Program-made: the position numbers and the translations under genes
The notes under the pieces: generated by a model
What the model was told of the DNA's origin: nothing
Databases searched by the model: none
The model's input: the letters and a program-made list of their open reading frames with translations, nothing else
Source: Owenia fusiformis
Lineage: Eukaryota
Length of the DNA: 64,000 bases
NCBI GenBank assembly: GCA_903813345.2
Contig: CAIIXF020000001.1
Coordinates: 32,736,001-32,800,000, forward strand
Reading direction: 5' to 3'
Part shown: positions 37,261-49,200 of the stretch, one piece after another
How positions within the stretch are numbered: the stretch's first letter is position 1
Layout: every line of letters begins with the position of its first letter

Positions 37261-39109
37261 TTTTTTGTTCATAGAATTTATTTTTCAAATACATAAAGTA
37301 CATAAACATTATACACTTGTAGCGGCTTTGCTGAAGGCATTATCAGCCACTTGATTAATAATTGCAGGGTGAAGAAAAAAGAAAAATTTAAATATGGATT
37401 CAAAAGTGAAGTGTGTGGTGGTAGAGAAACCTTCACATTTGCACATTTTTCTAAAAATGATGCAGTGAGCATGAGAATTTTCAAATTAGTAGATTTAGTT
37501 AAGTTTTAATCCCCATAAAGAAATAAATCTACTTTGTATCTCTTGTGTTTAAATTGAGAATAATCTAAATTAAGAAAAGCTAAATTGTTTTCCAACTCTT
37601 CTAAGAATGGAGCACGAAGTATACATGTGTGAAAATTTCAAGAAAATCAGTAAAGGTGGTTTTCCTGGAATCACGATGACAAGATTGACTAATATACCAT
37701 TGACGTGATTGGATAATCGAGATGTGACGTCATGTAATTATTCACATAAACAATCAAAAAAGCACGTGGTAAAATGTTTTACAACTAACTAACAACATAA
37801 GCTATACATTTGTATTTGTATTTGTCAGAGATTTTTTATAAAACATAAATGGAACGATTAGGCTTACTGTAAAACAATGACACATATTTGAATGGCTGGG
37901 TGGGTGGGTAGGTTGATCTAGTCGTTCTTATATTGACATTAATCGTGTATGTCTGTCATACACATTGAATAGAGTGATTCATTTTTATGCGTATATTCAC
38001 TCATGCATATACCATTACAAATCATTCATTTTAAAAATCTTCTGAATGTTTTTGTGAGTACAGTATTTTCAAGGGTCACAATTTTAATACGAAAGTTCAC
38101 TGTCTCAATTACAGTTAATATGCCAAAGGCTAAGGATAGAGGGGATAAGGCCAATGGACCATATATGATGAAGGCTTTGGGAAGACAGGTGGAAAAAGAC
38201 AATAACAATGCTAGTGAGCTGGTGGATGATGAAGATTTAGATGTGTCTAGGGAAGAGGGTATTCCATTTGAAATAAAAGAAAAAATTGCCAATTTATTAG
38301 ATAGGCCATATTTTTATGACCAAACAAAGGACGATTCTCGGTTTGGAGAACAGTCTCCTGGGCTAATAATTTTTTTCATGAAAAGTATAGAAATATTACC
38401 CAAATTAAACTATGAATATTCAAAAGAGGACATTTAAATCTATACTCTAGTAGCTCATGCTGGTTGAGTATGCACTTCTATGTCCAGAGATTTTCTCTTC
38501 AGAAATAATCTATGTGAAGGTCATTGATCAATTTTGGCTTGGTAACATATTTGCCACTGAAGGCGAAATAGGTCAAATGGCCACGCCCTTTTTTATGCGA
38601 ATACTCCCCCCTCCCATTTTTGTATCTCCGGAACCGTTGGACATAGAAAGTTGTGTGACCACTCAAAATATCGGGAATGGCCACATTATAGGGGGTCAAT
38701 AATACATATGTATTCAAATAAGTCAATGGTTCTCAAGATATTTGCCAAAAACTGATTTAGCATGTTACGCACAACAGTTTTCATCTATCCTGCATCATTT
38801 AAGACTGAATCCGCAGCCTCTATCTAGTCAGATCAGCGAAGGAAACAAACTTTTTTGGTTGTTGAGTTGGCCAAGAGGTCTTAGATGAATGGGTACCCTA
38901 AACCACGAGGTTGCGAGTTTGAGACACGTGTGCTCCGTATGTTCATTCTTTTATGAGTACCATATCTAGTATCTACAAGGAATGCTGATGTATTATGAGT
39001 ATTGAATATCGATTGAGTTTAATTATAAACCACGAGGTTGTGAGTTTGAGACACATGTGTTCATTTTTTAAAATGAGTACTAGTATCTACAACTAGTTAT
39101 CACTAGTTT

Positions 39110-40179
39110 TCATGTTACGTCCATTGCTCTGCAGGTGCATGTCTTGGAACTAATGCAGGATGTTGGGCATTTGCATGGAGGAGGTAGGTCATCAGGCCTG
39201 CATGGAACTGGTAGTATTACAGGTGTAATACCATCATCTGTTGCTTTATAGCCATACTGGCATGGATCTGGTGTGATGACTTCAGGAATTGGAGCTTGTA
39301 ACCACACCTTGCACTGCAGATATGCCCGCTTTATGTGTTCCTGTAGAGTTGATGAGCAGCACACAAGTTGGTTAAAATCAATGTCTTTCTTTGAGTTGTA
39401 CTGTTCCCACCGATATTCATCAAATGTGGAAGAGTCTGTCTTCTTCAAACCGGATACAAGGAACTTCTCTGCATTCTTAATCATTTCTGGTGTAAGTTCC
39501 TCGACACCAAACCCTTCCAAAAGCGAGAGATCCATGGCTGATTTCATACCAGATAGTTTTGGACCAACTTTGCTGGTACTGTCACACCCGCTAAGTGCAT
39601 GAATGGCTGGGAGACACGATACCAAATTGTTGTCCAGTTGATCAACTAACAGGTGGCTGGAACAGTTTTCTTGTTTTTACAGTTACCAAGCTTTACAAAC
39701 AGCTTCTGTAGTTGCCAGGTCTTTTTGATGTGGAAGATGAGGTTGACAAAGACATCTGTGTCAGGTGAGTCAACCAAGACTGATTGAACCCCATGATTCA
39801 CAACACCATCATTGATATGGAACATGATTCTATCATCAGCTTCTTCTTGATTGCTTGAGAGCTCTACAATCTGCGTTTCAGTTCCAGCTTTCAGTCTTCT
39901 ACATTCACCCCCATGTACTCCTCCAAAGATAATTTCCTTTTCTGACATAACATTCCGTAGCATCCACTTGAATACATACTCTAGCAACCTTACTTTGTTC
40001 ATCATTGAGCTCCAGAACATATCAAGATCAACAGGGAGTTTCTGATTGTCAGACCTAATAGAGATAGTGATTTCTTCTGAAGAACTTCTCTGCGCACGTT
40101 CCATTTGGTTGATTGATGATTTTTGATACACATCAAAAATAACATCTATTCTTGTGGAGTTGGAACCTTTAGCCAGGAT
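39110..40179 (-). pseudogene. Academ transposase C-terminal part (XPG/FEN1-like nuclease + Cys-rich tail), left arm plus spacer
   Basis: Motifs RIDVIFDVY, NQEEADDRIMFH, SPDTDVFV, HALSGCDSTS, EHIKRAYLQ..W and CKC..SC....C.CR. Frameshift near 39655. Confidence 0.85.
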
Positions 40180-40914
40180 GAAGCTGATGATAGAATCATG
40201 TTCCATATCAATGATGGTGTTGTGAATCATGGGGTTCAATCAGTCTTGGTTGACTCACCTGACACAGATTTCTTTGTCAACCTCATCTTCCACATCAAAA
40301 AGACCTGGCAACTACAGAAGCTGTTTGTAAAGCTTGGTAACTGTAAATACAAGAAAACTGTTCCAGTCCACCTGTTAGTCGAATAACTGGACAACAATTT
40401 GGTATCGTGTCTCCCAGCCATTCATGCTCTTAGCGGGTGTGACAGTACCAGCAAAGTTGATCCAAAACTATCTGGTATGAAATCAGCCATGGATCTCTCG
40501 CTTTTGGGAGGGTTTGGTGTCGAGGAACTTACACCAGAAATGATTAAGAATACAGAGAAGTTCCTTGTATCCTGTTTGAAGAAGACAGACTCTTCCACAT
40601 TTGATGAATATCGGTGGGAACAGTACAACTCAAAGAAAGACATTGATTTTAACCAACTTGTGTGCTGCTCATCAACTCTACAGGAACACATAAAGCGGAC
40701 ATATCTGCAGTGCAAGGTGTGGTTACAAGCTCCAATTCCTGAAGTCATCACACCAAATCCATGCCAGTATGGCTATAAAGCAACAGATGATGGTATTACA
40801 CCTGTAATACTACCAGTTCCATACAGGCCTGATGACCTACCTCCTCCATGCAAATGCCCAACATCCTGCATTAGTTCCAAGACATGCACCTGCAGAGCAA
40901 TGGACATAACATGA
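40180..40914 (+). pseudogene. Inverted second copy of the Academ transposase C-terminal part (right arm)
   Basis: Same motifs from EADDRIMFH onward. In-frame TAA at 40384-40386 where the left arm has CAA. Confidence 0.85.
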
Positions 40915-41956
40915 AAACTAGTGATAACTAGTTGTAGATACTAGTACTCATTAAAAAATGAACACAAGGAGCACATGTGTCTCAAACTCACAACCTCGTG
41001 GTTTATAATTAAACTCAATCGATATTCAATACTCATAATACATCAGCATTCCTTGTAGATACTAGATATGGTACTCATAAAAGAATGAACATACGGAGCA
41101 CACGTGTCTCAAACTCGCAACCTCGTGGTTTAGGGTACCCATTCATCTAAGACCTCTTGGCCAACTCAACAACCAAAAAGGTTTGTTTCCTTCGCTGATC
41201 TGACTAGATAGAGGCTGCGGATTCAGTCTTAAATGATGCAGGATAGATGAAAACTGTTGTGCGTAACATGCTAAATCAGTTTTTGGCAAATATCTTGAGA
41301 ACCATTGACTTTTTTGAATACATATGTATTATTGACCCCCTATAATGTGGCCATTACGGACATTTTGAGTTGTCACACAACCTTCTATGTCAAACGGTTC
41401 TGGAGATACAAAAATGGGGGGGAGTATTTGCATAAAAAAGGGCGTGGCCATTTGACCTATTTCGCCTTCAGTGGCAAATATGTTACCAAGCCAAAATTGA
41501 TCAATGACCTTCACATAGATGATTTCTGAAGAGAAAATCTCTGGACATAGAACTGCATACTCAACCAGCATGAGCTACTAGAGTACTACAAGATGTAAAG
41601 ATAACAAATTGGTCTGAAGCAGGGATAACGCTCAATTTGACCGATTCAATAAAATACAAGTCTCGATTTGGGGAAAGAAGTTCATCAGTGTACTGCGCGA
41701 ATATTATTTTGCGAAAAATCTAGAAATATTACCCAAATTAAATTATGACTTTTCAAAAGAAGACATTCAAATCTATATTATGTAAAAAATTAAATTTGTC
41801 CAAAGCAGTGATAATGCTCATTTAGATTGATGAAATTCGTTCTCCAAACCGAGAATCGTCCTTTACGAGAACAGACAAAACAGGTAGACATACAAGTGTA
41901 GTATTTGTTTATTTGCCGCTAATGTTGTAAAACTTTGGCAATCAGCTGACTGTGTA

Positions 41957-42995
41957 CAGGGCGTTCAATAAGTATTGCTAATTTTGTTATAACTTTTGTC
42001 ATCTTGCATATTTCTTCATGAAACTTTAACAACATAAGCAACACATATCTGACCTTATTCTATCCAAATTTCTGGACAACCGACTTAGTATTGACAAAGT
42101 TATGGTTACTAGGGTAACCAGTGTCACGGATACGCGGGGCAACCTTAAGGGTTTACATGGTGAATTATTGTTATACATCAAATAAACACTTTGATAAATA
42201 AAAACTGTTGATATGGTCAAATCTTGATGTTGTCAGTTTGATTTATATGTATTATCTAAATGTAACAGCGGTGAAAAGAGATATGAGAGGAATATCGCAC
42301 TAGAATCTCAATCAGCGAATGTCTGCAGTGAACACTGCACATCCCTTATTCCCTAGCCACACACTCAACGTCCTCAAAGAGCAATATCGACCTATACGCT
42401 CCACCAGGATAATGCCCCTGCTCACAGATCCTCTATTCTCCTAAATACAATAACAGAGCTTGGCATGGAAGCATTGCCCCACGCAGCATATTTCCCAGAT
42501 AAGGCCCCACTTGATTTTATTGTATTCGCCCAAGTGAAATGGGATGGGATGTCTGCAGTGAACACCTCCCTAGCCACACACTTCAAGGGTGTCTTCAAAA
42601 ATGTGCACCACGAGTGGGTCCCCAGACAGCAACGGTGAATTGACGCTAAGGGTACCTGCCTATTTTGAGCACCTCAGGAAGTTAATATGGATCATGAAGT
42701 GACTCTGGAATGAATTATTTATAACTGCATTGCATATCCCAAGAGTTAAACTGCATTAAATGATACTGCTTTCAACACTCAAAGTGTCGTCCAGAGTGAC
42801 GTCAGAAATTTGCCCCGCATATCCATGATACTGGTTACCTTGGTAACCATAACTTTGTTAATACTGATTCGATTGTCTTGAAACGTTCAGTGAATAAAGT
42901 CAGATATATATACCTTATGTTGTGAAAGTTACATGAAGAAAAAGCAAACAGAACAAAAGTTATAGCAAAATTAGCAAAACTTATTGAACGCCCTG
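41957..42995 (+). mobile_element. Internally deleted mariner (D,D34D) element, TA TSD, long imperfect TIRs (~190 bp)
   Basis: TA-CAGGGCGTTCAATAAG ... CTTATTGAACGCCCTG-TA. About 42399-42540 translates LHQDNAPAHRSSILLNTITELGMEALPHAAYFPDKAPLDF, with 34 residues between the two Asp. Confidence 0.9.
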
Positions 42996-43212
42996 TATAT
43001 CTATGTTATTATTTGAAATAAATCGATAACATGAAAAAAAGTATTTATATGAAATTTTTATATATTTATATGAAAGATCTAAAAATTAATTAAGGTGAGG
43101 GTGCACTTTGATGAAGACCACGTGATGAAGACCACGTGCAGTGTGGCAAGTGATTTTAGACGGTCATATCTTTCGCCATGATTACTTTCTGGGCATAAAT
43201 ACAATGTTTTTT

Positions 43213-46200
43213 TTATTAGACTCCAGATTGAAAATCTGGAGTCTATTGTTTTTGCCTGTTTTCTTATTAGACTCCAGATGAAATCTGGAGTCTATTGTTT
43301 TTGCCTCTTTTGTTTATTCTTATTATTATTAGACTCCAGATGAAATCTGGAGTCTATTGTTCTCGTCAGTTTTCTTATTCTTCTTATTATTAGACTCCAG
43401 ATGAAATCTGGAGTCTATTGTTTTCGTCAGTTTTCTTATTCTTATTCTTATTAGACTCCAGATTGAAAATCTGGAGTCTATTGTTCTCGTCAGTTTTCTT
43501 ATTCTTCTTCTTATTATTATTAGACTCCAGATTGAAAATCTGGAGTCTATTGTTTTCGTCAGTTTTCTTATTCTTATTCTTATTATTCTTATTATTATTC
43601 TATACCAGTTTTCTCAATAACCATAAGGTTTTCAGTAAAGTCAGTCATTTGGTCAATTTAGGTCCAGAATCTAGTTCCTCGGAAATTGGGTCAAATTTTT
43701 ATCTAGGTCAAAGGTCAAGAACTAGGTCAAATCCAGTACTCTGTCACTTTTTTCGATTTTCTCGGTCGTCCTTCAATATTTTCGATCCGGGTTTTTTTCA
43801 TTGTGTTCCTTATAAAAAAGTAGGAAACCTAGGATCGATTTAGTTTTTTGATATCTCAAACCGATTTCGAGATATCAGTGTCCGAAAACGAGGTCCAAAA
43901 AAAAGTTCTCCGAATCAAATGTCCAGGATATTAGTCTTATAGGAAATTTTCTCAGGATTCCGAATCTGAAAACGAAATTTGGATCTGACTTCCAGTTCGG
44001 AAGTTATGGCGTTTTGAAAACTCAAAAATCGCTAAATTTGGTGCCCATGTTAAGTCAATGGGAAAAAATATTTTTTTGAAGTGAAAAATACAGAATATAG
44101 ACTGAGTTCAGCTTCATATAATCAAAGCCTTTAAAAGAAGGGGACCTCAAAAGCCATCTAGCTTCACAATTTGGACACCGAAATGCCTAGGTCAAAATCT
44201 AGGTCAAATTCATAGATTTTCCTTATTTTTTCGATTCTGACACTACACTTTAATTATATTCTTCGAAATTGTGTATACATGTAGCCAAGAATATGCTAAT
44301 AGTGTTAGCCTTTTGCCGTCAGAAAGTATTTTGACCCACTTTTGAGATATGGTGTCCGAAAAGTAGGTCAAAATAAAAAGTTCTCCAAATTGAATATATG
44401 AGTTATGAATTAAGGGTCCAATTTTGTCAGGAATCCGAATCTGCAAACCAAATTTCGATCCGATTACCGGTTCGGAAGTTATGGCGTGTCCGAAAAGTAG
44501 GTCAAAATAAAAAATCTCCAAATTTAACGTATGAGTTATGAATTAGGGGTAGAATTTTGTCAGGAATCCGAATCTGCAAACCAAATTTCGATCCGACTTC
44601 CGGTTCGGAAGTGATAGCGTTCTGAAATTTCGAGAAAAATCGATCTGATGGTATCCTGATAGAAAGTCAAGAGTAGAGAAGAAAAATTGAAAAATACCAG
44701 TCCAGTCCATTTCCAGGTCCAAGTCAAGGTCCAGTCCAGGTCCAAGTCCAGTGTTTGTTCAGGTCCAAGTCAAGTCTAGGTCCAAATCCAGTCCAGGGCC
44801 TAGGTCAAAATCTAGGTCAAATTCAAAGTTTTTCCTTATTTTGCGATTCTGACACTACACTTTAATTATATTCTTCGAAATTGGATAAACATATAGCCAA
44901 AAATGTGCTAATAGTGTTAGCCATTTGCCGTCAGAAAGTATATTGACCCACTTTTGAGATATGGTGTCCGAAAAGTAGGTCAAAATAAAAGGCTCTTCAA
45001 ATTTAACGTACGAGTTGTGAATAAGGGGTAGAATTTTCTCAGGATTCCGAATCTGCAAACCATATTTCGATCCGACTTCCGGTTAGGAAGTTGTGGCGTT
45101 TTGAAATTTCAAGAAAAATCGATCTGATGGTATCCTGATAGAAAGTCAAGAGTAGAGAAGAAAATATTGAAAAATGCATCCATCCTTCCTTCCTGATCCT
45201 ATCCTATCCTTCCTATCTACCCTTCCTTCGTATTCTCTCCTTCCTATTCTATTCCTTCTTCCTATTCTATTCTATCCTTCTTTCCTATTCTATCCTTCCT
45301 TTCCTTTACTCTATCTTTCCTATCCTTCCTTCCTTTTTCATCCATCCATCCATCTTTTTCTGGATGACTCAGCTTATTTTGGATGACCCGGCTTATTCTG
45401 GCCGACTCAGCTAAAAAAAGTCTAGATCTGGAGTCTGAAATTGAACTCGTTCAATTTCCCCAGTCTAGTTATTATTCTAAACCAGTTTTCTCAATAACCA
45501 TAAGGTTTTCAGTAAAGTCAGTCATTTGGTCAATTTAGGTCCAGAATCTAGTTCCTCGGAAATTGGGTTAAATTTTTAGCTAGGTCAAAGGTCAAGAACT
45601 AGGTCAAATCCAGTACTTTGTCACTTTTTTCGATTTTCTCGGTCGTCCTTCAATATTTTCGATCCGGGTTTTTTTCATTGTGTTTCTTATAAAAAAGTAG
45701 AAAACCTAGGGTCGATTTAGTTTTTTGATATCTCAAACCGATTTCGAGATATCAGTGTCCGAAAACAAGGTCCAAAAAAAAGTTCTCCGAATCATATGTC
45801 CAGGATATTAGTCATATAGGAAATTTTCTCAGGATTCCGAATCTGAAAACCAAATTTAGATCAGACTTCCGGTTCAGAAGTTATGGCGTTTTGAAAGCTC
45901 AAAAATCGCTAAATTTGGTGCCCATGTTAAGTCAATGGGAAAAAAGATTTTTTTTGAAGTAAAAAATATGAAATATAGACTGAGTTTAGCTAAATATAAT
46001 GAAAGCTTTTAAAAGAATGGGACCTCAAAAGCCATCTAGCTTCAAAATTTGGACACCAAAATGCCTAGGTCAAAATCTAGGTCAAATTCAAAGTTTTTCC
46101 TTATTTTTGCGATTCTGACACTACAGATTAATTATATTCTTCGAAATTTTGTATACATGTAGCCAAGAGTACGCTAATAGTGTTAGCCTTTTGCCGTCAG

Positions 46201-49200
46201 AAAGTATTCTGACCCACTTTTGAGATATGGTGTCCGAAATGTAGGTCAAAATAAAAAGTTCTCCAAATTTAACGTTTGAGTTATGAATTAAGAATAGAAT
46301 CTTCTCAGAAATCCGAATCTGCAAATCAAATTTCGATCCGACTTCCGGTTCGGAAGTTATGGCATGTCCGAAAAGTAGATCAAAATAAAAAATCTCCAAA
46401 TTTAACGTATGAGTTATGAATTAGGTATAGAATTTTCTCAGGAATATGGATCTGCAAACCAAATTTCGATCCGACTTCCGGTTCGGAAGTTATGGCATGT
46501 CAGAAAAGTAGGTCAAAATAAAAAATCTCCAAATTTAACGTATGAGTTATGAATTAGGGGTAGAATTTTGTCAGGAATCCGGAACTGCAAATCAAATTTC
46601 GATCCAACTTCCGGTTCGGAAGTTATGGCGTGTCCGAAAAGTAGGTCAAAATGAAAAATCTCCAAATTTAACGTATGAGTTATGAATTAGGGGTAGAATT
46701 CGGTCAGGATTCCGGATCTGCAAACCAAATTTCGATCCGACTTCCGGTTTGGAAGTTATGGCGTGTCCGAAAAGTAGGTCAAAATAAAAAATCTCCAAAT
46801 TTAACGTATGAGTTATGAATTAGGGGTAGAATTCGGTCAGGAATCCGGATCTGCAAACCAAATTTCGATCCGACTTCCGGTTCGGAAGTTATGGCGTGTC
46901 CGCAAAGTAGGTCAAAATAAAAAATCTCCAAATTTAACGTATGTGTTATGAATTAGGGGTAGAATTTTGTCAGGAATCCGAATCTGCAAACCAAGTTATA
47001 GCGTTTTGAAATTTCGAGAAAAATCGATCTGATGGTATCCTGATAGAAAGTCAAGAGTAGAGAAGAAAATATTGAAAAATTCATCCATCCTTCCTATCTC
47101 ATCCTATCCTATCCTTCCTATCTATCCTTTCTTCATATCTTTTCCTTCCTATCCTTCCTATCCTATCCTTTCTTCCTATTCTATTCTATCCTATCCTATC
47201 CTTCTTTCTTATTCTATCCTATCGTTCTTTCCTATTCTATCCTATCCTACCTTCCCTTTTTATTTATCCATCTCTTTCTAGATGACTCAGCTTATTCTGG
47301 ATGACTCGGCTTATTCTGGATGACTCGGCTAAAAAAAAGTCTAGATCTGGAGTCTGATATTGAACTTCGTTCAATTTCCAAAATCTAGTTATTAGACTCC
47401 AGATGAAATCTGGAGTCTATTGTTTTCGTCAGTTTTCTTATTCTTATTAGACTCCAGATGAAATCTGGAGTCTATTGTTTTCGTCAGTTTTCTTATTCTT
47501 ATTAGACTCCAGATGAAATCTGGAGTCTATTGTTTTCGTCAGTTTTCTTATTCTTCTTATTCTTATTAGACTCCAGATTGAAAATCTGGAGTCTATTGCT
47601 TTTGCCAGTTTTCTTATTATTATTATTCTCTCTTGTCACGTTTTCTCAGTAACTAGAAGACTTGGAGTAAATCTACTTACATGGTCAGTTAGGGTATGTG
47701 ACCTAGTTTCTGGGAAATTAGGTCAAATTTTTATCTAGGTCAAAGGTCAAAATCTAGGTCAAATTATCATTTTGTCAATTATCTTTGTCATTTTTCGATA
47801 TTTTTTCAAAATTTTTTTTTCAACGTGTAGCCGAGAAAAAGACGATTCGACTGTGAGTAATCAATTTTTTGATTACTTTTACCGATTTTGAGATATTGCG
47901 TCCGGAAAGTAGGTCAAACGAAAAAGTTCTCCGAATTCAACGTATGAGTTATGAAATAAGTGTAAAATTTCCTCAGGAATCCAAATCTGCAAACCAAATT
48001 TCAATCTGACTTCCGGTTCGGAAGCTATAGCGTTTTGAAATTGCTAAATTTGGTGCCCATGTAAAGCCAATGGGAAAAAAGACTTTTTCGAAGTGTAAAA
48101 TACAAGATATAGACTGAGCACAGCTTAACATAATGAATGTCCATAAAAGAAGGGGACCTCAAAAGCTACCTAGCTTCAAAATTTGGACACCAAAATGCCT
48201 AGGTCAAAATCTAGGTCAAATTCATAGTTTTTCCTTATTTTTGCGATTCTGGCACTACACTTTTAGGATTTGCTTCAAAATTTTGTATACAGGTAGCAAA
48301 GAGTGTGCTAATAGTGAGAGCCTTTTGCCGTCAGAAAGTATTTTGACCCACTTTTGAGATATGGTGTCCGTAAAGTAGGTCAAAATAAAAATTTCTCATA
48401 ATTTAACTTATGAGTTATGAATTAAGGGTGGAATTTTCTCAGGAATCCGAATCTGCAAACCAAATTTCAATCCGACTTTTCGTTGGGAAGTTATGGCGTT
48501 TTGAAAGCTCAAAAATCGCTAATTTTGGTGCCCCATGTTATGTCAATGAGAAAAAAGATTTTTTTGAAGTGTAAAATACCAGATAAAGACTGAGTACAGC
48601 TTAAGATTCTGAAAGTCTATAAAAGAAGTGGACCTCGAAGGCTATCTAGCTTTAAAATTTGGACACCAAAATCCCTAGGTCAAAATCTAGGTCAAATACA
48701 TAGTTTTTCCTTATTTTTGCGATTCTGGCACTACACTTTTAGGATTTGCTTCAAAATTTTGTATACAGGTAGCAAAGAGTGGGCTAATAGTGTTATCCTT
48801 TTGCCGTCAGAGAGTATTTTGACCCACTTTTGAGATATGGTGTCCGAAATGTAGGTCAAAATAAAAAATTCTCCAAATTTTACATATGAGTTATGAATTA
48901 CAAGTAGAATTTTCTCAGGAATCCGAATCTGCAAACCAAATTTCGATCCGACTACCGGTTCCAAAGTTATGGCGTGTCCGAAAAGTAGGTCAAAATAAAA
49001 ATTCGCCAAATTTAACGTATGAGTTATGAATAAGGGGTAGAATTTTGTCAGGAATCCGAATCTTTAAATCAAATTTCGATTCGACTTCCGGTTTGAAAGT
49101 TATAGCGTTTTGAAATTTCGAGAAAAATCGATCTGATGTTATCCTGATAGAAAGTCAAGGAAAAAAGATTTTTTTGAAGTGTAAAATACGAGATATAGAT

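Larger units (their letters stand above)
38443..41585. mobile_element. Academ-derived 3.1-kb foldback element, 3-bp TSD CTA
   Basis: Arms 38443-39843 and 40180-41585 are reverse complements around a 336-bp spacer. Termini TACTCTAGTAGC / GCTACTAGAGTA. CTA at 38440-38442 and 41586-41588. Confidence 0.88.
38326..41864. mobile_element. Small MITE (TIR AAAGGACGATTCTCGGTTTGGAGAAC) split by the Academ foldback
   Basis: 26-bp inverted ends at ~38326 and ~41839-41864. An internal direct repeat (AGAAATATTACCCAAATTAAA...) is restored when 38443-41588 is removed. Confidence 0.7.

Noticed and set aside
28305..37776. 9.5-kb transposon with 93-bp TIRs
   Set aside because: No TSD, no recognisable terminal motif, and the right copy is fused to another local inverted segment. 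Treated as a probable rearrangement scar.
38003..38437. 144-aa ORF as a gene
   Set aside because: Its 3' part runs into a MITE. The acidic middle has no recognisable motif or splice support.
43213..43600. CRISPR-like array of palindromic repeats
   Set aside because: The intervening sequences are near-identical TE end plus TTA/TTC microsatellite rather than unique spacers. Eukaryotic context, no cas genes.
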